DNA of 64,000 bases from an uncultured Bacilli bacterium (GTDB lineage Bacteria > Bacillota_I > Bacilli_A > RF39 > UBA660), in assembly GCA_934098705.1 (NCBI GenBank), contig CAKOPC010000002.1:158457-222456 (forward strand), read 5' to 3'. The position numbers and the translations under genes were made by a program. The notes under the pieces were generated by a model. The model searched no databases and was not told the origin of the DNA. It worked only from the letters and a program-made list of their open reading frames with translations. Shown here in pieces: positions 29,960 to 40,221 of this stretch. Each line of letters opens with the position of its first letter. The first letter of the stretch is position 1.

Positions 29960-31981
29960 TTAATTATTAGTTTTATTTTCCTCTTGTTCTTCTTTTGCTT
30001 CCTCTTTTTGTTCTTCTTTTATCTCTTTATTTTCTGCTTTTTTTAAAGATTCTCTTAATTCTTCTTCAGTAAGTTTAGTATAACCTTTTATTTCCTTTTC
30101 TTTAGCAGCACGTTTTAAATCTTCATATTCCATTTTGTCATAATCTTCATCTGGTAATACTTTATGTTCTATTAAATAATCAATTTGTTCTTTTGTTAAT
30201 GTTTCTCTCTCTACTAAAGTATTAGCAATTAAAGTTACTAAATCCATATTTTCTTTTATAATTTTTTCAGTTGTTTTATAACAACCATCTATTATTTTTC
30301 TTATTTCTTGATCTACCATAAAAGCAACTTGATCTGAAGAATTTCTTGATTTATTGTAATCTCTTCCTAGGAAAACACTAGAGTTATTTTCTTCAAGCTG
30401 AATAGGTCCCAAATCACTCATACCATATTCAGTTACCATAGAACGAGCTATTTTTGTTGCACGTTCTATATCATTAGATGCTCCAGTTGTTATTTCATTA
30501 AATACAAGTTGTTCTGCAACACGACCAGCAAGAAGAGTTGATATAGTTTCAAGTAATTCTGTTTTAGTTGTATGCATCTTTTCTTGTTCTTCTTGAATAT
30601 TAGTATAGCCACCAGCCATTCCTCTTGGTATTATTGTAACCTTTTGAACGATACTTGAACTTTCTAATTTTAATCCTGCAACAACATGTCCTGCTTCATG
30701 GAAAGCAGTAATTTTTTTATCTTTAACACTTGGCTTTCTACTAACCTTAGCAGGTCCCATTAAAACTCTATCATGAGCTTCATCAATTTCAGCCATAGTT
30801 ATTTCATCCTTACCTCTTCTAACAGCAAGAAGTGCAGCTTCATTAAGTAAATTTTCAAGATCAGCTCCTGAAAAACCTGATGTTCTTTGTGCTAAATATT
30901 TTAAAGTTACATTTTTAGCAAGAATTTTATTTTTTGAGTGAACCTTTAATATAGCTTCACGTTCTTTAGTATCAGGAAGTGATACAGTAACTTGTCTATC
31001 AAATCTACCTGGTCTTAAAAGAGCTGGATCAAGTACATCTGGACGGTTTGTTGCAGCAATTATTATAATACCCTCATTAGCACCAAATCCATCCATTTCA
31101 GTAAGTAACTGATTTAATGTTTGTTCTCTTTCATCATGTCCACCGCCAAGACCTGTTCCTCTTTGACGACCAACGGCATCAATTTCATCTATAAATATTA
31201 AGCAAGGTGCATTTTGTTTTGCTTGTTTAAACATATCACGAACTCTACTTGCTCCAATACCAACAAAAAGTTCAACAAAATCAGAACCACTTATAAAATA
31301 AAATGGCACATTAGCTTCCCCAGCAACAGCTTTTGCAAGTAATGTTTTACCAGTTCCTGGAGGACCAACAAGTAATACTCCTTTAGGAATTCTAGCACCT
31401 AATTTTTGGAATTTTTTAGGGTTCTTTAAAAAGTCTATAATTTCTTTCACTTCTTCTTTTTCCTCAACAAGACCTGCAACATCACTAAATTTTTTCTTAT
31501 CATTATCAGAATTTAATCTTGCTCTACTTTTACCAAAATCAAATGATTTACCAGCACCACCAATTTGTTTATTTAAGAAAAACATAGCAACACCACATAA
31601 AAGAACCATAGGTAAAAAGTTTGCTAAAAATACAACAACTGTTGATGTCCCAGGATCCTGCTTTACAACAAGTTTTAAATCATTAGTCTTGCCAACATTT
31701 ACAATATCCTCAATTATAACATCAGATATTGGAGCAATAAGCTTAAATGATTCATTTTTATTATATCCTTCCATCTTACCCTTTAACTCGTAAACAGAAG
31801 AATTAGTACGAGGAGTAATAACAAGTTCAGTAATCTTACCTTCCTCTAAATATTTAGAAAACTCATTATAACTAAATTCATGAGTTACAACATTAAACAT
31901 ATTAAATAATATGTAAACAATTACTAAAAATAATATAAGTCCCCCATAAGATATAAAATTTCTGCTATTTCTTTGTTTCAT
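29960..31981 (-). CDS. ftsH: ATP-dependent zinc metalloprotease FtsH
   Basis: The motifs are Walker A GPPGTGKT, the second region of homology and zinc-binding HEAGH. There are two N-terminal transmembrane helices and a K/E-rich C-terminal tail. Confidence 0.97.
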   Translation of the reverse strand: MKQRNSRNFISYGGLILFLVIVYILFNMFNVVTHEFSYNEFSKYLEEGKITELVITPRTNSSVYELKGKMEGYNKNESFKLIAPISDVIIEDIVNVGKTNDLKLVVKQDPGTSTVVVFLANFLPMVLLCGVAMFFLNKQIGGAGKSFDFGKSRARLNSDNDKKKFSDVAGLVEEKEEVKEIIDFLKNPKKFQKLGARIPKGVLLVGPPGTGKTLLAKAVAGEANVPFYFISGSDFVELFVGIGASRVRDMFKQAKQNAPCLIFIDEIDAVGRQRGTGLGGGHDEREQTLNQLLTEMDGFGANEGIIIIAATNRPDVLDPALLRPGRFDRQVTVSLPDTKEREAILKVHSKNKILAKNVTLKYLAQRTSGFSGADLENLLNEAALLAVRRGKDEITMAEIDEAHDRVLMGPAKVSRKPSVKDKKITAFHEAGHVVAGLKLESSSIVQKVTIIPRGMAGGYTNIQEEQEKMHTTKTELLETISTLLAGRVAEQLVFNEITTGASNDIERATKIARSMVTEYGMSDLGPIQLEENNSSVFLGRDYNKSRNSSDQVAFMVDQEIRKIIDGCYKTTEKIIKENMDLVTLIANTLVERETLTKEQIDYLIEHKVLPDEDYDKMEYEDLKRAAKEKEIKGYTKLTEEELRESLKKAENKEIKEEQKEEAKEEQEENKTNN

Positions 31982-31994
31982 AAAAAACCTCCTT

Positions 31995-33314
31995 TTAATA
32001 ATACCTTAATAGTATATCACATTTTTTTGATTTTGGAATATCAAATTTAGACTTTTTAATTCCTGGTATCCATACTATTTTATCCTTTGAATCAACAACA
32101 ATAGGCCACTTATCTCTTTCATCTTTTGGTATTTTACTATTTATAAATATATCTTTTACCTTTTTTGGAGATTCCATACCCTTAACAATCATTTTATCTC
32201 CACTTTGTCTTGTTCTAACTCTAAGTGGCATAGCAATATCACTTTCATTTAATCTACAATAATAATTAGAATTGCAATCACTCTCTTCTATTTTTTCGAT
32301 AACCTTACCATTTGGTAAACTTGCAAAATTAGATATTTCAATTTCATAACTATCTATTTCTTTTGTTACAAGTCCAAATGATACATTATTATAACTCTTA
32401 ACAATTTTAACATTATTAGGTAAATATATATAAGCTGATGCTCTATTAGAATAAATTATCTTTTTTATTAAATTAACATGGCAATCATTTATAAGTATTA
32501 AATCATCCTGATAATAATCTTTTAAAATCTTATAAATTATTTTATTTTGTATTAGCTCATCTAAAGTTTTAAACTTTACTGTATCAAGTACATTATCTTT
32601 ATATACCATATTATAATTTTTCAATACTTCTTCATTTATATATTTATCATACATTAAAAGTTCATTACTAAATTTCAAAAACTTTTCATGTACATTTTTA
32701 TCTTCATTTTTTAAAAATGGTAAAACATATTTTCTATATCTATTTCTTGTATATTTAGTTTTAAAGTTTGATTTATCAATAACATATGGAATCTTATTTT
32801 TCTTATCGTAATCCTCTATTTCTTTTTTAGTATGATTAATAAGTGGTCTTATAAGTTTATAATGTGGGTAATTAACAACTTTAGAAAATCCAGCATAACC
32901 ATTAAGTGTTGAACCCCTTACAATTCTCATAAGAATTGTTTCCATAAGATCATCTCCATGATGAGCTGTAAAAAGATAACTTGCTTTATATTTATCAATT
33001 AAACTATTAAAGAAATTATATCTTATACTTCTTGCTTCATTATGAAAATTGTCATCTCCATACTTTTCAATAAGCATATATTCAAATAAAACATCATATT
33101 TCTTACAATAATCTTCCATAAATATTTTTTCTTTAAAAGAAGCCTTTCTTACATTATGATTTACATGAGCACATACGATTTTTATTGGTACATCCCCTCT
33201 TACCTTAATAAGAAGATCAAGTAAACACATTGAATCAGGTCCTCCAGAACAACCTAAAACAACAACATCATCCTTTTTTAATAGTCCTTTTAAATAATCA
33301 TAAACATCTTTCAT
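31995..33314 (-). CDS. tilS: tRNA(Ile)-lysidine synthetase
   Basis: The PP-loop SGGPDS (LGCSGGPDSMCLLDLL) is present. Length is 439 aa. It is adjacent to ftsH, as in Bacillus. Confidence 0.9.
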   Translation of the reverse strand: MKDVYDYLKGLLKKDDVVVLGCSGGPDSMCLLDLLIKVRGDVPIKIVCAHVNHNVRKASFKEKIFMEDYCKKYDVLFEYMLIEKYGDDNFHNEARSIRYNFFNSLIDKYKASYLFTAHHGDDLMETILMRIVRGSTLNGYAGFSKVVNYPHYKLIRPLINHTKKEIEDYDKKNKIPYVIDKSNFKTKYTRNRYRKYVLPFLKNEDKNVHEKFLKFSNELLMYDKYINEEVLKNYNMVYKDNVLDTVKFKTLDELIQNKIIYKILKDYYQDDLILINDCHVNLIKKIIYSNRASAYIYLPNNVKIVKSYNNVSFGLVTKEIDSYEIEISNFASLPNGKVIEKIEESDCNSNYYCRLNESDIAMPLRVRTRQSGDKMIVKGMESPKKVKDIFINSKIPKDERDKWPIVVDSKDKIVWIPGIKKSKFDIPKSKKCDILLRYY

Positions 33315-33428
33315 TAAGACAACATCTCCTAAAAATATATAGTAATTTATTTTAAGAAAAAAAACAAGTATTAATTATAATTTTAAGTAAATAATTAAAA
33401 ACTCGAAAAAAAATAATAACAAAAGTTA

Positions 33429-33719
33429 TTACTTTATTTTTATTATGTATTCATCATTACCTGAATAAAATAATTTCTCTCTTGCATATTTTGCAACATA
33501 TGAAGAATCTTTTAACTTATTAAGTTCACCCTTTAAACTTTCCTCTTCCTCTTTTAATGCTACAACCTCACTACTAAGTGTCTCTTTTTCTTTTCTTTTA
33601 GCAAGTATTTCACTCCAAGTATTATATAAAGAGTAGATAACATATAAATTTACAACAAGACAGATAACACCAAAAAGAAGAAAATTATTTAATGACTTCT
33701 TACTTTTTTTTCTTGCCAC
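33429..33719 (-). CDS. divIC: Septum formation initiator DivIC/FtsB family protein
   Basis: It has an N-terminal transmembrane helix plus a coiled-coil (LKEEEESLKGELNKLK), and a YAREKL motif. Its position after yabQ is conserved. Confidence 0.7.
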   Translation of the reverse strand: MARKKSKKSLNNFLLFGVICLVVNLYVIYSLYNTWSEILAKRKEKETLSSEVVALKEEEESLKGELNKLKDSSYVAKYAREKLFYSGNDEYIIKIK

Positions 33720-33794
33720 AAATTATTCACCTACCTACTACCTATAATTTTAGCAAAAGTAAATAAATAATTCAAGCACTATGACAAAAGATTA

Positions 33795-34073
33795 CTAAAG
33801 TTTACACCTTAAATGTTTAAAAATTAAATTACCAAGTATAAATGATATTAAAAATATCACTAAAAAATAAATATGTATAATTCCAAAACTTATTAAATTA
33901 TTTGTAATACAAAATATAAAGGTTGCCATTAACATAAATATAATATTTGCTACCACTTTAACTATTTTTGTACTTAAAAAAAGATATTTATAAAAAAGAT
34001 TAAAAAACAAAGAATATAAAAGTCCAAATATAAAATAATAAAATATAGATATTATTTGTATATCAAGTTTCAT
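33795..34073 (-). CDS. yabQ: Spore cortex biosynthesis membrane protein YabQ
   Basis: A small polytopic membrane protein immediately downstream of, and overlapping, yabP. The yabP-yabQ-divIC order is conserved. Confidence 0.6.
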   Translation of the reverse strand: MKLDIQIISIFYYFIFGLLYSLFFNLFYKYLFLSTKIVKVVANIIFMLMATFIFCITNNLISFGIIHIYFLVIFLISFILGNLIFKHLRCKL

Positions 34074-34360
34074 TTAAATAACTTATTAAATATACTATTT
34101 TCTTTATTTGCTTTTTTTTCATCTTCAATATAACTTAAACTTATAAAAGTACCCTTTATTGATACTATACCATCTTTAGTATCAAGTCTTACAATTTCAA
34201 GTCCTAATCCTTTTATAACAAGATAACCCATTGTTGTTTCAATTAAAAATTCTTCTTCATCAAAACTATCAATTTTTAAAACCCCTGTTATATACATACT
34301 TTTTCTTTCATTAACACTGATACCATGATTTTGACTTATACTATTTAAATTTTTATCCAT
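34070..34360 (-). CDS. yabP: Sporulation protein YabP
   Basis: ISVNERKSMYITGVLKIDSFDEEEFLIETTMGYLVIKGLGLEIVRLDTKDGIVSIKGTFISLSY aligns with B. subtilis YabP (VTIRERKHLSVSGVDHIDSFDEEYLLLETNMGKLVIEG...). Confidence 0.85.
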   Translation of the reverse strand: MDKNLNSISQNHGISVNERKSMYITGVLKIDSFDEEEFLIETTMGYLVIKGLGLEIVRLDTKDGIVSIKGTFISLSYIEDEKKANKENSIFNKLFK

Positions 34361-34404
34361 AATATATTCCTCCGTTATAAATATATGTAAAAATTTTTAT
34401 TAAA

Positions 34405-34430
34405 GTACAAAAAAATCCCCTAAGGGATTT
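34405..34430 (-). terminator. Intrinsic terminator of spoVG
   Basis: On the minus strand the hairpin aaatccc-ttag-gggattt is followed by a T8 run, 30 nt after the spoVG stop. Confidence 0.7.
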
Positions 34431-34459
34431 AATTACTAGTTTTAAAGCTTATCCTGCTC

Positions 34460-34717
34460 TTATTCTGCAGTTTTATATGCTTCTAAAATAGCATTTTCAA
34501 ACATTGTACGAGTTTCAGGATTAATTGGATGAGCTATATCACGATATCCTCCAGTTGCTGTTTTTCTACTTGGCATAGCTATAAATAAACCATTATCGCC
34601 CTCAATTATTCTAATATCATGAACTGCGAAGCTATCATCAATTAGAACTGATGCTATTCCTTTCATACGAGATCCTTCTTTTTCAATTTTACGTACATTG
34701 ACTGATGTTATTTTCAT
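34460..34717 (-). CDS. spoVG: Septation protein SpoVG
   Basis: [52 protein letters not shown] is the canonical SpoVG. Confidence 0.93.
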   Translation of the reverse strand: MKITSVNVRKIEKEGSRMKGIASVLIDDSFAVHDIRIIEGDNGLFIAMPSRKTATGGYRDIAHPINPETRTMFENAILEAYKTAE

Positions 34718-34825
34718 CTAACGTTCCTCCTTTTAAAAAGCAAGATGCTTCCTAACTTTAATTTTAGATAAAAGTAAGTAAAAAGTCAAGTAATCTTATA
34801 AAGTTTACAAAATATTTGCAAACCT

Positions 34826-35041
34826 TTACTTAATAATTTCTAAACTACCTATAAAAATATCTGCATATGAAAAAGATTTTATAACATCATCATCATTTAT
34901 TTTTATTAAAAATACTGATTTATAACATTTTACTATTTTACCTTCAAAAGTATAAATTAAATTTCTACTACCATTATATCTAAAAGTTAAATTTTTACCC
35001 TGCATACTATTTATATAGTTTCTAATTTTTTCAAGTTGCAT
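34826..35041 (-). CDS. veg: Veg (biofilm-stimulating small protein, DUF1021)
   Basis: The protein is 71 aa. KSVFLIKINDDDVIKSFSYADIFIGSLEI resembles B. subtilis Veg ([28 protein letters not shown]). It is adjacent to yabG. Confidence 0.8.
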   Translation of the reverse strand: MQLEKIRNYINSMQGKNLTFRYNGSRNLIYTFEGKIVKCYKSVFLIKINDDDVIKSFSYADIFIGSLEIIK

Positions 35042-35835
35042 TATCTAGGATACCCAATATACATTGTACCATTTGTTATAATTCCTCCCATACCATCGGT
35101 ACCATATTTTGTCTTTCCAAGTATTTTAATTAAATCAATATCTTTATTTTTACTAGATAAACTAACTGATGCTGCAATTATTGCTGGATCAAGGGCATGA
35201 ATATTAATTCTTTTAGGGCTTGATGCAAAATTAGAACCAGCCTTTATTAATTCTTCATAATTAGACTGACAAGCTCCTGCTATAACAATCAATTTATCAT
35301 GATCTTTTTCATAACTTCTTGCAACCTTTACAGCTTGTATAAAATTATCACTATTTTTATAGTTAGACATGTTAGTATAATCACCATCTTTATTATAGTA
35401 AGCATCATGTCCTGTTATAACTAAAATATCAGGTTTTATTCTCTCTAAAATTTCATTTAAAGATGATGCAACATCTTTTTCCTTTAAAGTAACTCCATAT
35501 GATAATACATTCATTTCTTTATAAAACTTCATGCACCTATCTAAGTAATCTTTATCAGCATCAATATGCAAAATTTTGCCAGGTAAATAAAAGTATTCAT
35601 CACGATTTAAATTAATAAGATCATTCATTCTATTTATAATACTTCGATCATCTTTTATTAAATCTTGTTCTAAAGACTTATCAACATGTACTAAATCACT
35701 TATACTACTATCTGCAATAAGTCTTATATTTACTCCCTTTAAAATAGCTATTTCATTTTCTATATTAATTATTTTAAAAACAGTATCGTTATTATGAGAC
35801 TTTCTAGTAACTAAATCACCTATATTAAAAAGCAT
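35041..35835 (-). CDS. yabG: Sporulation-specific protease YabG
   Basis: The N-terminus MLFNIGDLVTRKSHNNDTVFKIINIENEIAILKGVNIRLIADSSISDLV aligns with B. subtilis YabG (MQFQIGDMVARKSYQMDVLFRIIGIE...AILHGDEVRLIADSDFSDLV). Confidence 0.85.
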   Translation of the reverse strand: MLFNIGDLVTRKSHNNDTVFKIINIENEIAILKGVNIRLIADSSISDLVHVDKSLEQDLIKDDRSIINRMNDLINLNRDEYFYLPGKILHIDADKDYLDRCMKFYKEMNVLSYGVTLKEKDVASSLNEILERIKPDILVITGHDAYYNKDGDYTNMSNYKNSDNFIQAVKVARSYEKDHDKLIVIAGACQSNYEELIKAGSNFASSPKRINIHALDPAIIAASVSLSSKNKDIDLIKILGKTKYGTDGMGGIITNGTMYIGYPR

Positions 35836-35945
35836 ATAATCCCTCCCAAAAAATTATATGAAACAAGGCCCAAAAAAAGAATATAAAAAAAGTAACCGTC
35901 CTAAAAAACTGCACTTATTACGTTTACTTTATCATTTTCAATTAT

Positions 35946-36761
35946 TTATAAGTTATTAGAAATATCAACAAATACATCAAGAGGTAAATCTTCTGCTCTA
36001 ACAGATAAGTCATAACCATATTTAGATAAAACATTTGAAATCTTATCTAAATCATACCCTTCCAAATTATTTCTAATAGTTTTTCTTTTAAATCTAAAGC
36101 TATCCTTTACTAGCTTAAAGAACAATTTTTCATCTTTTAACTTTAAACTTTCCTTTTTAGTAAATGATATAACAATACTATCAACATTTGGTACAGGAAC
36201 AAAGTTACCTCTGCCAACTTCGAATTCCTTTTTTATGTCAAAATAATAATTCAAGTATACAGTTAAAGAACCATATTCTTTAGTTTTTGGACTAGCACAA
36301 AATCTATCCCCTACTTCTTTTTGAACCATAAATACCATTTTTGATATATCAATATCACTTGTTATTAATTTTTCAATAATAGGAGTTGTAATATAATATG
36401 GTAAGTTACCAAAAACATAAAGATTATCATACTTATATGACTTTAAATCATCCTTTAGATTTCTTTTTAAAAAGTCATCACATATTACTTTACAATTATT
36501 AAAATCTTTTAAATTTTCATATAAATAAGGTATTACTTCCTTATCAATTTCATAGCCTAGTACTCTTTCATAGTCATTACATAATTCTTTAGTTAATCTA
36601 CCATCACCACAACCTATTTCAATAACTAAACTACCTTTTTTTTCTCCAATCACACTAGATATTTTTTTTACAATATTTTCCTGTTTTATAAAATTTTGCC
36701 CGAATCTTTTTTTAAATTTGAAATTCATCTTACACTCTACACCCTTCTTCCATATTAACAT
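35946..36761 (-). CDS. rsmA: 16S rRNA (adenine1518/1519-N6)-dimethyltransferase
   Basis: The motifs FGQNFI, EIGCGDGRLT and GNLPYYITTPII are present. Confidence 0.92.
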   Translation of the reverse strand: MLIWKKGVECKMNFKFKKRFGQNFIKQENIVKKISSVIGEKKGSLVIEIGCGDGRLTKELCNDYERVLGYEIDKEVIPYLYENLKDFNNCKVICDDFLKRNLKDDLKSYKYDNLYVFGNLPYYITTPIIEKLITSDIDISKMVFMVQKEVGDRFCASPKTKEYGSLTVYLNYYFDIKKEFEVGRGNFVPVPNVDSIVISFTKKESLKLKDEKLFFKLVKDSFRFKRKTIRNNLEGYDLDKISNVLSKYGYDLSVRAEDLPLDVFVDISNNL

Positions 36762-36803
36762 TTACTACACATAACACATTATAGCATAAGAAGAGTTATA
36801 TTA

Positions 36804-37328
36804 CTATAACTCTTCCATATTTTGTTCTTTTACGGGCATATTTGTACTATTTTGTCGTAAATTGTCGGTACTTGCTTCTACATAACTTATCATATTTTCA
36901 TCCTTGGATTTTAATAAAGATGAAATAATAAGAAATATATTAGAAGCACTAAGGCAGTATAAAAGTGCCTTAACTGATGATAAATTATCTGCTAAATAAC
37001 TAGGATTATAATTTATCTTATATTTATAATATAAAAGCATATTAGTATCAAATTTAGCTCTTAAACCAATTATTATAATAACTACATATACTAAAACACT
37101 AGCAAAATTAAATAATAAGTTTTCAGCAGATTTTGACTTTTTATAAATTATATTAACAACTGTTAAAATAAATACTAAAGCAAATGGAATAAATATATTA
37201 ATTGCATCAGTTAAACTCTTATCAAGTCTTTTATAAGTAAATAAAATTCCAATAAATATAAGAGCAAATGCAATAAACATTAAAATAAATTTTAAAAAAT
37301 TAAACATCTTAGAAATTATCTTTTTCAT
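36804..37328 (-). CDS. Small polytopic membrane protein; the last gene of the sipW-containing operon
   Basis: The protein is 174 aa with 4 predicted transmembrane helices. It follows the 37331 gene at a 2-nt spacing. Confidence 0.5.
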   Translation of the reverse strand: MKKIISKMFNFLKFILMFIAFALIFIGILFTYKRLDKSLTDAINIFIPFALVFILTVVNIIYKKSKSAENLLFNFASVLVYVVIIIIGLRAKFDTNMLLYYKYKINYNPSYLADNLSSVKALLYCLSASNIFLIISSLLKSKDENMISYVEASTDNLRQNSTNMPVKEQNMEEL

Positions 37329-37330
37329 AC

Positions 37331-38017
37331 TTAATTACCTCCTGCATTATCTAAATACCAATTAGCAATTAAAGTAACATCATTAAGTAATATATCATAA
37401 TTAGTAGTAGTTAAATTAAAATAATTTAGTAAATCATTATAAATAGAAACCTTACTATTAACAGTTGTAAAATAATAACTACTATTATTAAGTAAATGAT
37501 TTTTCATATCTTCTCCATAACTTGATAACATATTTTTATCATTTTCTATTCTGTCATAATAATCATATTTAAGATTACTATTATAATCTTCTATACCCTT
37601 TTTTATAAAGTAATTAGTTTTAAATAAACAGTTATACTGTAATTTACCAATTAACTCATTATTATAATCATAAATGTCCTTATATTTTATATATTCTTTA
37701 TTTAAATTATAATAGCCACCTTTTTCTATTTCTTCTAAACAGGAAATTAAATCAAGCTGTGCAGTTGATAATACAAGTTTATTATCTAAAGATTTAGTAC
37801 TAGTATTTTTAATTTTTTCTTTCATAGATGTTATCTTTTCTTTATACTCCTTAAACCTATCACTATTTGCATAATCAGTATAATATTCATATTTTATTTC
37901 ATTATAATGATATAAATTAATAAATATTAAAAATCCAGATAACATAACTGTTATAATACATAAAAAATCAGTAAAAATACTTGAAAACTCATATAAAACC
38001 TCTTTTAATTCTTTCAT
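37331..38017 (-). CDS. Single-pass membrane protein of unknown function in the sipW operon
   Basis: An N-terminal transmembrane helix is followed by a 180-aa Y/N-rich domain. It overlaps the 38014 gene by 4 nt. Confidence 0.5.
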   Translation of the reverse strand: MKELKEVLYEFSSIFTDFLCIITVMLSGFLIFINLYHYNEIKYEYYTDYANSDRFKEYKEKITSMKEKIKNTSTKSLDNKLVLSTAQLDLISCLEEIEKGGYYNLNKEYIKYKDIYDYNNELIGKLQYNCLFKTNYFIKKGIEDYNSNLKYDYYDRIENDKNMLSSYGEDMKNHLLNNSSYYFTTVNSKVSIYNDLLNYFNLTTTNYDILLNDVTLIANWYLDNAGGN

Positions 38018-38631
38018 GGTAACACCTCTATTCTATATTTATAACCTTTATTAGCACCACTATTACTCCATAATTTTAATACGTAAGTATCTTTATTATT
38101 ATCTTTAGTAACTTCTTTTACTAAATGATTAGAAGTTATATCTTTTAAAGTACCACTTGCAACTTTTTTATTATTTTTATATAAAGCATAAGATATCATT
38201 GTTTTATCTATCATAGGTATATTAACTTCATTTAAAACTTCAGTTGTTATATAAATATTATAATTTAGTTCATGATTATTATCATTCATTATATAAAATT
38301 TATACTCATTAGCTTTATTTTCACTTGTATATTTAGAAAAGGAATTTATTGTAGTACCAAAATCAATTTTAGAATGAATAACAGCAATATCACCATCTTT
38401 TATAGTTTTATAATTTATATATTTTTTAGGCATGAAAAACGCATAATAAATTGAAAATAAAAGTAATAATAAAGATATAATAAATAAAATTATTATAATT
38501 ATATTAATCTTTCTTTTTTCCTTTAATGTAGGGTCTTTTCTATTTTCAACATCATTTGCAGGAATTTCATCATAAAACTCATCATTAAGATTAAATACAC
38601 CTTTTTTATAAGATTTCACAGTCATCATCAC
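38014..38631 (-). CDS. TasA-like paralog with an N-terminal cytoplasmic extension plus a signal anchor
   Basis: It has a 45-aa charged N-terminus, then IIIIILFIISLLLLLFSIYYA|FFMPKKY, which is a transmembrane segment followed by an AFF motif like the CalY AFFSD. The C-terminus LKLWSNSGANKGYKY carries the family W motif. Confidence 0.45.
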   Translation of the reverse strand: MMMTVKSYKKGVFNLNDEFYDEIPANDVENRKDPTLKEKRKINIIIIILFIISLLLLLFSIYYAFFMPKKYINYKTIKDGDIAVIHSKIDFGTTINSFSKYTSENKANEYKFYIMNDNNHELNYNIYITTEVLNEVNIPMIDKTMISYALYKNNKKVASGTLKDITSNHLVKEVTKDNNKDTYVLKLWSNSGANKGYKYRIEVLP

Positions 38632-39451
38632 CCTTTACATCATTGTTAATATCAGTAACATTATTATTAGCGTTATTAGCATTATTAATATCAGTAGTAT
38701 TAACATTGACATTAACATTATTATTATTGTTATCATAATCATCAAGTATTTCTACCTGTCTATTATCAATTCCCATATTATCATATACTTCATCAAGTTT
38801 TTCTTGTAAATCTGGTGAAACATACTTATTGTCTAATATTTTATTTAAATCTTCTCTTTTTGCTTTTGTTTTAGAATCTTTTAAACTTTCCTTAAAAAAT
38901 TTACCTTTCATCATTTTTTCAAAGATTTTAACAATATCATAAACAATAATAGCAAGACAAGGAAGCACAACAACAACAAGCCATCCAAATTTACTAACAA
39001 CAAACTGTTGTATAAACCCAGCCTTTGGTATTTTTAAAATTACTTTTCCAATTACATTAGTTGCAGATACTGGAGATCCATCTGCAGTATTATTAGCATC
39101 TCCTTTAGTATAATAAAAGTAACTACCGTTAACAATTTTTGTATCAATAATTCTATGGGTTATAATAACACCCTTTGAAATATTACCTTCGGATACAAAA
39201 GTAATGGGATCACCTGTTTTATAAATATTATTTTTATCCTTTAACGTAATAACTATATCTCCAGCTTTAATAGTGGGAGTCATACTAGTTGTTAGAATTG
39301 TATAAAAGTTTATTGGAATATCTCCTAATTTATCCTGCTTTTTATAAACATTAATTAATATAATATATCCAATAAGTAAAATTATAACAAGAAGTAAAAT
39401 ATAAAATATAATATTAGATATTATTTTAGCAACCTTTTTTACATTTTTCAT
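38606..39451 (-). CDS. sipW: Signal peptidase I, SipW (archaeal/ER type). It has an approximately 90-aa low-complexity C-terminal tail.
   Basis: An N-terminal transmembrane helix is present. The catalytic Ser is in ILTTSMTPTIKAGDIV and the catalytic His in VIITHRII. GDANNTADG is present, then a C-terminal transmembrane helix (WLVVVVLPCLAIIVY). The extra tail is rich in N/V/D repeats. Confidence 0.8.
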   Translation of the reverse strand: MKNVKKVAKIISNIIFYILLLVIILLIGYIILINVYKKQDKLGDIPINFYTILTTSMTPTIKAGDIVITLKDKNNIYKTGDPITFVSEGNISKGVIITHRIIDTKIVNGSYFYYTKGDANNTADGSPVSATNVIGKVILKIPKAGFIQQFVVSKFGWLVVVVLPCLAIIVYDIVKIFEKMMKGKFFKESLKDSKTKAKREDLNKILDNKYVSPDLQEKLDEVYDNMGIDNRQVEILDDYDNNNNNVNVNVNTTDINNANNANNNVTDINNDVKGDDDCEIL

Positions 39452-39465
39452 AATTTTTCCCCTTT

Positions 39466-40107
39466 TTAATATGCATCAACATTTACATAACAACTAAAAG
39501 TTTTTTTAATTTCATCAAGTTCATAATCCTTAGATAGCCACATTTTAAATGTATATGCCTTTCTTGAATCACTAAGTACTGTTGTTTTATAAAGAACCTT
39601 AGAATTTGGTCTTATACTACTATTAGGTAAGTCAGCATAATTATTTACACTTCTATTATTAATAAGTATTTCCTTGCCATCTTCAAGAAGATATATTCTA
39701 ACATACTTTGAATCAAGTGTTGTAATATTTGGTGTTAATGATATTTCATATGTTATTTTACTCTGTTTTTTAGATTTTATAGATGTTGCAACTCCAAATG
39801 TGAAATATTCTCCCTCTTTAAAATTTTGTTTACCTATATCATCACTTGTTGGAAGAGCATTATCAATATTAATAGCTCTGTTTCCCTCTTCAAAAGAAAA
39901 CAAAATACTTCCTGTTTGAATATAATTATCAACATAAGGGTCATGAATTGAAAAGTTTGAAAATATTAGTAGTGAAAAGAAAGAAACAAGTAAAACAAGT
40001 AATATTAAAAGAACCCAAAGAAAAACATTAGTATCTTTTTTCCTTATTAATATTTCATCTGCTACTTTATCCGCTACCTTTAAATCCTTTTTATTAAATT
40101 CTTCCAT
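39466..40107 (-). CDS. TasA-like paralog. By position it occupies a TapA-like slot upstream of sipW.
   Basis: It has an N-terminal charged segment plus a transmembrane helix. It shares NALPTSDDIGKQ with 40992/41779 (NALPISDDAGKK) and has YTFKMWLSKDYELD. Confidence 0.5.
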   Translation of the reverse strand: MEEFNKKDLKVADKVADEILIRKKDTNVFLWVLLILLVLLVSFFSLLIFSNFSIHDPYVDNYIQTGSILFSFEEGNRAINIDNALPTSDDIGKQNFKEGEYFTFGVATSIKSKKQSKITYEISLTPNITTLDSKYVRIYLLEDGKEILINNRSVNNYADLPNSSIRPNSKVLYKTTVLSDSRKAYTFKMWLSKDYELDEIKKTFSCYVNVDAY

Positions 40108-40170
40108 AGTATCCCTACCTTATTATCTATATATATATTAACACATATTTTTAGTAAAAAAAAGTAAAAT

Positions 40171-40206
40171 ATAAAAAAAACATTACTATTTTTGTATAGT
40201 AATGTT
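40171..40206 (-). terminator. Strong intrinsic terminator after the gene at 40222..40944
   Basis: On the minus strand the perfect 11-bp hairpin aacattactat-N6-atagtaatgtt is followed by a T8 run. Confidence 0.75.
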
Positions 40207-40221
40207 AATGTATATTCTCTA

